DNA of 64,000 bases from Narcine bancroftii (lineage: Eukaryota). Each line of letters begins with the position of its first letter. Within the stretch, counting starts at the first letter, position 1. The DNA is taken from NCBI RefSeq assembly GCF_036971445.1, contig NC_091474.1:41540001-41604000 (forward strand). Direction: 5' to 3'. This document shows positions 1 to 10,495 of this stretch, in pieces. Both the position numbers and the translations under genes were made by a program. The notes under the pieces are model-generated. The model was given only the letters and a program-made list of their open reading frames with translations. It was not told the DNA's origin and ran no database searches.

Positions 1-1700
1 AGGTAGGCTGTTAGATTGTCACACAGTTTTTGGTGTGAACATTAGTTGCAACTTGCTGAAGATTTAGCTCTGAGGAACTGAAGTTGAATAACTGTCCATC
101 AACCCCAACTTTTTTCTTGTATGGCTTCAACATTTGGAATTTTTTTCCATTTCCAAAAAACTTTAAGTGGACTTTTTGAAGCCAGACTGTCGATTTCTGC
201 TATACAACAATCATCCAACTCTAATACAGTTCGATCAGCCTTATTTTCTTGGTACCAAGGAGAGAATCAGTCCCCACTGACGTAGAAGATTGAAGGGTAG
301 GTGTTACAAAGCTTACAAGAGCTACCTCATACAATTAATGACATTCTAGCAATATTCTAAGTACAGGCAAATGTAAAAGGAAATGGTCTCTGTTTCTTCA
401 GTGATTTGTAGTATACAATGAAAACAATGCATAAGTGTCTGCAGCCAGTTACAACTCCAGATGCACTAAGTAAAACAAGAGAAAACAGCTGTTACTCAAT
501 CACAGACATACCTAGTGCAATATGTCAGGTATCATATCAGGCATTGCAAACAGTCACCACAATCAATTCTTCCACAATGACACAACCAGTCACAAAGGCA
601 GTTTGAGTTACTGCTTTGTAGAACAACTCTGTTCAGTCCAACAAAGCCCAACAGATGTTCAAGAAATATCACCCAACTTTCCAACAAGACATGTTACAAC
701 CATGAAGACTCCACATCAAATTCAAAACCATTTAGATACCCAGCCTTTCCAATTTTTTAATCAGAAAAGGCCATTCTGATAAAATTTCATCGATCTACAA
801 TGTCCTCTTTTCTCTCTCCACTGATGCTGCCTGCAATACCTGCTGGGTATTGCCAGCATTTTCTTTCAGTTCAGATTTTCAGCAATTGTAATGATCTGAT
901 CTCAGTTTCAGCAATATTTTTTTCTCTCTCTTCTCCGTGGTCATTTCAATCCTATTAATATCTCTTCCTAAGATTATCTCAATCTCACTGCCAATCTTCA
1001 ACCCATATCAGTACTGTGATCTCTTCCTTCTCTTGATTTCTACCCTTCCATTCCTTTTGTTTTCTTAATCCATCCCTTTCCTCTGCAATTTAAAATGTCA
1101 TTTTTGTAACTTTTCCTCATTTTGATTAAAGGTCATCAACCTAAAACATTACAGTTTCTTTCTGCACAAATGCTGCCCGACTCTCTCCAGCATTTTTCAT
1201 TTTATACTAGCTATTGTCACCTGACATGTATAATTTACATCTTTGGACTAAGGCTTTAATGAAATCAGGATCTGAGTGGTCTTAACCTAAACTAGTCATT
1301 GGTGAGCAGGTTACTGGGAATAAATACCACTTGTCTATATTATTGTTAATGCATTCTATCATTTTGTCAATGAGTGAAAGTAAATTGAGATTGGGCTCGT
1401 CATGATTATCACACAGTTGAAATGCAAGGTACATTGTTGGCTAGATGCTAGTATGGTAATTGTAATGGAAAACTTAACTGGTTCATTTCTACAATGAGAA
1501 TGTTGATTAGTCCCATGGCCTTTTCTTTATCCAGGACTGTTAAAATTATTTCTCAAAGCACCCCTTTGGCTGAAGCAAGTAAGAATTTCAGTTTGCATGT
1601 ACATTGTTTAGTGTAAGACAATAAAGTCATTATGATTATGACATGGTATAAATGAAATTTGGCTGAAAACAGGCTTTTGTGATAATGGAGATCGCATAAG

Positions 1701-1922
1701 TAAAAACACAAAAATGCTCGAGGAACTCAGCAGGTCTCACAACCGCCATGGGAGGTAAAGATATATAACAAACATTTCAGGCCTGAGCTCTTCTTCAATG
1801 CCCAAAGCAATTCTTATATATCTTTACCTCTTACGGACGCTGTAAAATCTGCTAAGTTCTTCCAGCAAGTTTGTGCTTTCACTACAATCACAGCATATTC
1901 AGACTTTTATGTTTCACTCCAA
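1701..1922. mobile_element. Penelope-like mini element, fold-back (inverted) form
   Basis: aaaatgctcgaggaactcagcagg...tctgctaagttcttccagc inverted arms; degenerate TSD ggagatcgcataag (1687-1700) / ggagatcacagaag (1923-1936). Confidence 0.7.
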
Positions 1923-2128
1923 GGAGATCACAGAAGCAAGTCAAGATGCACTATCCATTTGACAGTTCCAACATAATGTGGTTATGAATGTTTTAGCCTG
2001 CATACAACTTGCACCTGCACTTGGAGTTTTTACATTCCATGAGTTGTTGAACTGTCCCTCATCATCCATGTATACATAACCTTGAAATATTCTACAGTTT
2101 GCCTGTTGCATGCCATGTTTGATGTTTA

Positions 2129-3456
2129 GCCTTGGCAAATACTAGAGCGCCTCGAATGTCCCCCAAAGTTCCTCAACATGGTTATCCAACTGCATGAAAA
2201 CCAACAAGGTCGGGTCAGATACAGCAATGACCTCTCTGAACCCTTCTCCATTAATAATGGCGTGAAGCAAGGCTGCATTCTCGCACCAACCCTCTTTTCA
2301 ATCTTCTTCAGCATCATGCTGAAACAAGCCATGAAAGACCTCAACAATGAAGATGCTGTTTACATCTGGTACCGCATGGATGGCAGTCTCTTCAATCTGA
2401 GGCGCTTGCAAGCTCACACCAAGACACAAGAGCAACTTGTCCGTGAACTACTCTTTGCAGACGATGCCGCTTTAGTTGCCCATTCAGAGCCAGCTCTTCA
2501 GCGTTTGACGTCCTGTTTTGCGGAAACTGCCAAAATGATTGGCCTGGAAGTCAGCCTGAATAAAACTGAGATCCTCCATCAGCCAGCTCCCCACCATGAC
2601 CACCAGCCCCCCCCCCCACATCTCCATCGGGCATACAAAACTCAAAACAGTCAACCAGTTTACCTATCTCGGCTGCACCATTTCATCGGATGCAAGGATC
2701 GACAACGAGATAGACAACAGACTCGTCAAGGCAAATAGCGCCTTTGGAAGACTACATAAAAGTGCCTGGAAAAACAACCAACTGAAAAACCTCACAAAGA
2801 TTAGCGTATACAGAGCCGTTGTCATACCCACACTCCTGTTTGGCTCCAAATCATGGGTCCTCTACCGGCATCACCTACGGCTCCTAGAGCGCTTCCACCA
2901 GCGTTGTCTCCCCTCCATCCTCAACTTCCATTGGAGCGACTTCATCTCCAACATCGAAGTACTCGAGATGGCAGAGGCCGACAGCATCGAATCCATGCTG
3001 CTGAAGATCAAACTGCGCTGGGTAGGTCACGTCTCCAGAATGGAGGACGATCGCCTTCCCAAGATCGTGTTATATGGCGAGCTCTCCACTGGCCACTGAG
3101 ATAGAGGTGCACCAAAGAAGAGGTACAAGGACTGCCTTAAAGAAATCTCCTGGTGCCTGCCACATTGACCACCGCCAGTGGGCTGATCTCGCCTCAAACC
3201 GTGCATCTTGGCGCCTCACAGTTCGGCAGGCAGCGACCTCCTTTGAAGAAGACCGCAGAGCCCACCTCACTGACAAAAGACAAAGGAGGAAAAACCCAAC
3301 ACCCAACTCCAACCAACCAATTTTCCCTTGCAACTGCTGCAACCATGTCTGCCTGTCCCGCAAAGGACTCGTCAGCCACAAACGAGCCTGCAGCTGACGT
3401 GGACATTACCCCTCCATAAATCTTCGTCCGCGAAGCCAAGCCAAAGAAGAAAGAAT
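2129..3456 (+). mobile_element. RTE-clade LINE, 5'-truncated (RT C-terminal part, frameshifted)
   Basis: GVKQGCILAPTLF, LLFADDAAL, LRWVGHVSRM and a C-terminal Cys/His motif; 3' end cttcgtccgcgaagccaagcca plus a GAA/GAAA tail. Confidence 0.93.
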
Positions 3457-4153
3457 ACTGTATTATTGGCTTCACCAGGTTAGCACCTCATTTCTACATG
3501 ATCCCAGCAAGTTCTTCTGCACTGTTCATTGAATTAGAATTTATCATGTCTTAAAATGACAGTATGCGAAACTGGGGTTAAAGATGATGATCATGTAGAT
3601 TTCTACTGTTGCTAATAGCCCAGAACACGATGTAGATGCCCAATTTTGAGCTGCCATATTTATTTTTGGGCCATCCAATTTTGATAGGAATGGTACATAA
3701 TGCCAGACGTTCTATGTAACAAGACTTTGTCTCCACCAGCAGACTGCTGACAACAAAGTCAACTCATTTTACTCCTCGCCTTGGTTTCATCCCACCTGTC
3801 AAACAGCCAGTCAGAAGTTATGTCCTTCAGAGCATGGCCAATTTGCTCTAAGGTGTGCTATCAAGCCAATCATGTGGTCACTGCATTACAGGAAGGATGT
3901 GGAGGATGTTGCTTGGTTTAGAGGCTGAATTATGGGGAGAGATTGGACAACTTGAGAAAACTTCAGTTGTTTTCTCTGGCGTCTAGCAGGTCGAGGGGAA
4001 ACCTGATAGAGGAATATAAAATCATGATAGACATTGTTAGGCTGGACAGTCAGAATCTTTTCACCAGGGCAAAGGCATCATTAGACTAGAAGAAATGCAT
4101 TTAAAGAGAGGAGAGGAAATTTCAAGGAAATGTTCAGGGTAAATATTTTACAC

Positions 4154-5140
4154 TGTGACAAATTATAGACATGATTTTGGGAGATAAATTGTGGCAGGTT
4201 TTTAGTGTAGGTCACATACAAACATTTCAAAACAGACCTTATCTAAAATACTGGAGCTCTGCTCAAGCTAAACAGGCTGCTCCAAGAGCTTTTGTAAAAG
4301 CTTTGGAGAGTGCCCAAGAGACTTCGTTAATGAATTGTTGTTTTGAAAAGCAACCGATGAAAGAACTCAGAGGATTTGGTTCGGAGCTACAGGATGTCTG
4401 GAAGTGCTGCTTGCTGTTCTAAGAGGGTCATGTGGTTTTGCAAGAAGAGAGGGAGTCAAACAGGCTTTTCTCTGAGAGAGAGAGATCAGTTCTGTAGTTT
4501 TACAGTTAGCAGCAACAGCTGGGACTGGAACAGGACAAGCTGGCAAGCTTGTGGAAAAACCCCATTTTCAAGACAGGTTGAGTGTTTAATTCAGCCTGGT
4601 CAAAGCCATTGTGGTTCATGCAATAAGAGAGGACTGGCTGCCTAATGTTTCACTTGAAATTAGGGAAACAGAAAAGAACTCTGTGGTGACCTAATGGGGC
4701 AAGTTTCTTCAGCAAGACACTGAAGTGGCTGACTAAAAGGAATCAGTTGTGGGTGTCCAGGAACAACAAATCTCTCTGTAAACCGAGAAGAACCTTCCTG
4801 AGCAGTAACCATTTACTTTTAAAGCACCAAAGCTTGGTGAACTTCATAAATGTTCAATTCTGTGCACAGTATAAGAATTGCCTGCAACCAGTAAACTTGG
4901 AGGAATGAAAAGTGAGATTGGACTGTGAATCAAAGAACTTTTCTGAACATACCCACACATTACATACACGTGCGCTTAGAATTAGAAGGGGGTTAAGTTA
5001 GGTTAGTTAATAGTGATAAGTTAAAGTGTGATTCTGTTTTCATGCTTAAAGATCATTAAAAGCAACTTTTGTTTAAGTAACCATTTGTCTTGGTGAATAT
5101 ATATTGCTGCTGGGTTTTGTGGTCCTCTGGGCTAGTAACA
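4154..5140. mobile_element. Solo LTR (Gypsy-like) inserted in an old CR1 3' fragment (about 3880-5330)
   Basis: TGTGAC...GTAACA termini; 4-bp TSD ACAC (4150-4153 / 5141-5144); CR1 sequence resumes seamlessly on either side. Confidence 0.8.
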
Positions 5141-6186
5141 ACACAAAGCGTGGTAGATGACTGGAATGGGCTACCAGTAGTGCTGGATACAGTTGCAGCT
5201 TTTAAGAGACATCTAAACACATACATTAGTATGAAGTGGATGGAGGTCTATCTATCAGGAACAAGTGACAGATTTTTAAACTGATTCGTACATATTTAGG
5301 GCCTTTTCCTATACTATTCTATGTTCTAAGTGCTGAATCCTTAGCTGAATGGGAACATTGATTTTTAATGAGTTCCTCAACCATGTCCGACTAGATTAAG
5401 TATGAATTCATGAGGGCTGTAATTTATACTAAGGACTTTGAGGACTACTCCAATCTGCTTGTGTCCCACTGTATGGAATGCCACTTCTGGTGTATCAGTC
5501 CTTCTGGGTGCAGGATGTATCCAGAAACAAATATGAGTGCCTGCATTAGATTTACTACCCTGAACCAGATGATTTTTTTAATTTCAGTTTTTCCAGTCAT
5601 TGTTACAGAATATTTATTAAACAAAAAATACAGATGTTTAACTAAACTCAAATCAATTGAAACTCCATTTCCTGTAATAATTATCTGGTATCTCTCAGTA
5701 TTGTAGACAAATTAAAATCCTACATGCTTCAAGGATAGAAATGCATTTATATTTGCCCATCTTGGGATGAATTGGGTGTCCATCCCTCTTCAAGATTTCC
5801 CCACCCACCCTTTCACCTCCAGTACTATTCCTGCCCACTATCTCATCTTCAGACCCTTTTCTCTGCCCACCTTCAAATTTCCATCCCCTCACCCCCATCC
5901 AACATCACCCCCTAATCCCCTCACCTCTGTGCCCCTCATTCACACACACCGTCACCTCCAGACCCCTCGACCACACACACCCTCACCTCCAGACCCCTCG
6001 ATCACACACCCCCTCACCTCCAAACCCAGCATCCATACACCCCCCTCACATTCAGTCTCCTGATCCACACACCCCCTGACCTCCTGTCCCCTTGTCAACC
6101 TCACCTCTTCACCCCTCATCCACACACTTCAACTCCAGTCCCCTGGTCCACATAGCCCCTCACCTCCACCCACCTGGTCCACATAC

Positions 6187-7020
6187 CCCCGGGCCCCCCT
6201 CACCAGCCCCGGGGCCCCCCCTCACCGCCCCCGGGGCCCCCCTCACCGCCCCCGGGGCCCCCCTCACCGCCCCCGGGGCCCCCCTCACCGCCCCCGGGGC
6301 CCCCCTCACCGCCCCCGGGGCCCCCCTCACCGACCCGGCCCCCCCGTCCCCCTCACCGCCCCCGGGCCCCCCGTCCCCCTCACCGCCCCCGGGGCCCCCC
6401 CGTCCCCCTCACCGCCCCCGGGGCCCCCCCGTCCCCCTCACCGCCCCCGGGGCCCCCCCGTCCCCCTCACCGCCCCCGGGGCCCCCCCGTCCCCCTCACC
6501 GCCCCCGGGGCCCCCCCGTCCCCCTCACCGCCCCCGGGGCCCCCCCGTCCCCCTCACCGCCCCCGGGGCCCCCCGTCCCCCTCACCGCCCCCGGGGCCCC
6601 CCCGTCCCCCTCACCGCCCCCGGGGCCCCCCCGTCCCCCTCACCGCCCCCGGGGCCCCCCCGTCCCCCTCACCGCCCCCGGGGCCCCCCCGTCCCCCTCA
6701 CCGCCCCCGGGGCCCCCCCGTCCCCCTCACCGCCCCCGGGGCCCCCCCGTCCCCCTCACCGCCCCCGGGGCCCCCCCGTCCCCCTCACCACCCCCGGGGT
6801 CCCCCCGTCCCCCTCACCACCCCCGGGGCCCCCCGTCCCCCTCACCACCCCCGGGGCCCCCCCGTCCCCCTCACCACCCCCGGGGCCCCCCCCGTCCCCC
6901 TCACCACCCCCGGGGCCCCCCCCGTCCCCCTCACCACCCCGTTCTCCTCACCACCCCCGGGGCCCCCCCGTCCCCCTCACCACCCCCGGGGCCCCCCCCG
7001 TTCCCCTCACCACCGGGCCC
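6187..7020. repeat. GC-rich minisatellite: 21-bp units (CCCCCTCACCGCCCCCGGGGC) followed by about 30-bp units (adding CCCCCCGTC)
   Basis: Tandem array visible directly; it explains the spurious Pro-rich ORF 6092..7210. Confidence 0.95.
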
Positions 7021-7300
7021 CTCGTCTTCCGCCCGTTCACTCACCACCGGAGTTTTTAACCTGCCCGTCTGCCCCTCGCCGCTTGCGTCGCGCTTCCGCG
7101 AGCCGTTTGTCGCGAGAACCAATCAGCGTGCAGGGCTCGGGCCCTCAGACGGCGCGGCCGAGGACGCGTTAACGTGGCCAACCCCAGGCCGGAGCGCTCA
7201 GGCCTTTTGAGGAGCCTCATAAAATGGCGGCGGCACCGAAATGTTTGCATCCTCGCCCCATAGCTTGCGCTCGGCTTCTCGCCAGTTTGAAGCACGAACC
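7020..7300 (-). promoter_or_regulatory. CpG-island promoter and probable non-coding first exon (ending at 7045) of an unidentified minus-strand gene
   Basis: High CpG density; GTG|GTGAGT donor on the minus strand (GT at 7044-7043); TCTCGCGACA (BANP-like) at 7108-7117; CCAAT at 7119; ETS-like CGGAAG; YY1-like AAAATGGCGGC at 7221-7231. Confidence 0.6.
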
Positions 7301-8945
7301 TCTGTTATTCCATTTCCACGGCTAAGTGGCGCAGGGCCTGCAACTCCCTTGGCCAGAGCGGGAAGGGACCTCGAGCAGTTCCCAATGGCCTGGCACTTCA
7401 TGTGATAGCGCCGCAGTAATCCACGACTGCTGGCATTGCGGAGCTCACAGTCACTCCCAGCAAGTTGTTGAACCAGGTTCGTGGCAGACGGAAACCCGAG
7501 CATGGTGATGAGGGAGTTCTCAGCACCACAGGCAGGAGCCTCCCTGTCGCCCCGACCCTGCTCAACATGTACAGGGCAGGCCCTCCAACTGATTGAAAGG
7601 CTTGTATTCATGCCCCTTCGCAATGGAGCAAAAAAAATGACGATTCTGGCAAAAAGAAATGAATTTCCCTCAGCAAGCTCACCCAGGCTGGCTGGGCTCT
7701 TGACTCAAGTGTCTGGATTCCCTCAGAGTTGCCCCTATCAGTTAGGATGTGCTCCAGCGTAGATATGTAATTCATATGTAATATGAACACCCAAAATAAT
7801 AGTTAACTATGCGATTGTAACCACAGTAATTGAATTCAAAAACTGCTCACACCATCCATGAACCAAAGACACTGCCTTGCTCTTCATGCACTATTATTTT
7901 ATATAGCAATGTTGTAAGATGGTTACAATAGGAATGTTTGCCCCATGATGTTGCAGCAAAACACCGAATTTCATGATATCTCTGTTCTTAAAGTACTTTG
8001 AGTTCAAGGTGGGGCTTCAAAGAGAATCAGACAAGAACACCCCCGATCTGATCTCCCGAGCCGCTTTCAGGTGGCCAGAGTACCCCAATGTTCTTTTCTT
8101 TCTTTCTTTGGCTTGGCTTCGCGGACGAAGATTTGTGGAGGGGTACGTCCACGTCTGCTGCAGGCTCGTTGGTGACTGACAAGTCTGATGCGGGACAGGC
8201 AGGCACGGTTGCAGCAGTTGCAAGGGAAAATTGGTGGGTTGGGGTTGGGTGTTGGGTTTTTCCTCCTTTGTCTTTTGTCAGTGAGGTGGGTTCTGCGGTC
8301 TTCAAAGGAGGTTGCTGCCCGCTGAACTGTGAGGCGCCAAGATGCACAGTTGGAGGCAAGATCAACCCACTGGCGGTGGTCAATGTGGCAGGCACCAAGA
8401 GATTTCTTTAAGCAGTCGGGGGAGTCACTTGATGGAGTAGTGGCCAGACGGTGAACTCCAGCCCTCTCCAGAAAAGTCGAAAAAAATAAAGGAAAGCACA
8501 AAGGCACAACAATAAAAATTAAAGTAAAGTGAATATAAAGGTGGAAAGAAGATGGCGACGAAAAAAGAAAAATCGAAACCAACGGTAAGAAGAGAGGAAG
8601 AGAAGACAACGGAAGAAGAAGGAGAAGGCCTTACCTGTTCGAAGAGGCCCGCGGTGGAGAGAGAAACCCGCTCCCTCAGGTCAGTAGAAAGTGGACTACA
8701 AAAATGGCTCGCTGAGCCGAGTAAAAGTGCGCAACCGCACATGGGCGATGCGCATGAAAAAAAACACACCAACGGGAGGGGCGACCAGCTGGGGAGTCGA
8801 TCTCCACAGCCGGCAATGAAAGCTACAGAACAGCAGCAGCAAGAGGAGAACATAGAAGACAACGAAAACAAGAAAGAAGAGAAGAAAAAGACAACAAAGA
8901 AACAACAGATGGCCAACCCAGAGGAAGAAGAAGAGGAAGAGTACA

Positions 8946-9761
8946 GTGAAATGGAAGACAATGGATATACTTTCTCTTATTAAAGAATACATGGATTCAT
9001 TTAAAGAATGGCAAGCACAAGAATTTAGTGATTTAAGAAGAAGAATAAACAGTACAGAAGAGAAAGTGAATAAAATAGATATGACCATATCAGAAATAGG
9101 AAAAAGAATGGACAAGGTGCAAGAACGAGAAGCAGCAGTAGAAATGGAGGTAGAGGACTTAAAAAAGAAATTAGAGGAATCTAATAAAAAAGTTAAAGAG
9201 ACACAAGAGCTGTTAGCTCAGAAAATAGATATAATGGAAAATTATAACAGAAGAAATAACATAAAGATAGTGGGCCTTAAGGAAGATGAAGAAGGCAAGA
9301 ATATGAGAGAGTTTATAAAAGATTGGATCCCCAGGATCTTAGGATGTCCAGAACTACAGCAAGAAATGGAAATAGAAAGGGCGCATAGAGCATTAGCCTT
9401 TAAACCACAACCACAACAAAAGCCAAGATCTATTTTAGTAAAATTCCTAAGATATACTACAAGAGAAAAGGTACTGGAGAAAACAATGGAGAAAGTAAGA
9501 GAGGACAACAAGCCACTGGAGTACAAAGGGCGAAAAATCTTTATTTATCCAGATATAAGTTTTGAACTCCTGAAGAAGAGAAAGGAGTTCAATACAGCAA
9601 AGGCGATTTTATGGAAGAAAGGGTATAAATTTATACTAAAGCATCCAGCGGTATTGAAAATATTTATTCCAGGACAGCAAAACAGACTATTCTCGGATCC
9701 GGAGGAAGCACGAAAATTTGCAGAACAATTACAAAATAGACTGAGAGATGAAGACGTGTAA
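8946..9761 (+). pseudogene. L1 ORF1p (RNA-binding protein); true start probably upstream across a frameshift
   Basis: ORF 8946..9761 has L1 ORF1 RRM and CTD motifs; it overlaps the K/E-rich ORF 8552..8983 in another frame. Confidence 0.85.
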
Positions 9762-10495
9762 CGAGAGTACAAAAGACTGCGAACTAAAAAGACACACAAG
9801 TTTTGAACTCCTGAAGAAGAGGAAGGAGTTCAATACAGCGAAAACGATCTTATGGAAAAAAGGATATAAATTTATGTTAAGGTACCCAGCGGTACTTAAA
9901 ATAATTATTCCAGGGCAACAAAACAGACTATTCTTGGATCCAGAGGAAGCAAGGAAATTTGCAGAACAACTACAAAACAAGCAGAGAGATGAAGACATGT
10001 AATAAGAGTAAAAATGACCACGATCTATATGTATGTGTGTAAAGGGGTATATGTGTGTATATATATAGTGTGCATACATGAATGTATCCGTATTTAGAGG
10101 AAAATATATAGAGTATAGACAAGAATTAATAGGGGAGGCAAATGGAATAGAGGGAATAAGGAGGGAATTAAAAGAGTGACTTATGAAAATTGAAATCTTT
10201 TCTGGGGGGGGCTGGGTGGGGAGGAGTCACGGTCACTACAAAATCAGTTGACGTTTGCGAGTGAATTCGCAAATCCAAATGGAGAGGGGAGATGTGGTTG
10301 CCCGACAAGGGATAAAGGGCAACTCAGGAGGGGAAGGGGAGATTGGGGTTAAAGAAGTTTTAAATAGGAGAATAGGGAAAATGTTTGATGTTTTAGAAAT
10401 GTTGTCTTATAAAGTGTTCAAAACAAGAAAGCAGAAATGGATAAGAAGGAAAGGTATGATGGAGAAACGGAAAGGGAAGATAAGCAAAGTATAAA

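Noticed and set aside
1-800. Possible minus-strand coding exon of the gene starting near 7.1 kb
   Set aside because: The frames I inspected contain stops and give no recognisable protein.
5410-5706. Short ORFs and a possible acceptor near 5672
   Set aside because: No homology recognised and no convincing donor; it could be a UTR exon but this is unsupported.
6092-7210. 372-aa Pro-rich ORF resembling extensin or formin
   Set aside because: It is the translation of the GC minisatellite; it has a non-ATG start and variable unit lengths that shift frame.
8067-9115. Antisense hydrophobic ORFs resembling membrane proteins or L1 ORF0
   Set aside because: They are the antisense reading of the purine-rich L1 5' region and RTE; a compositional artefact without further evidence.
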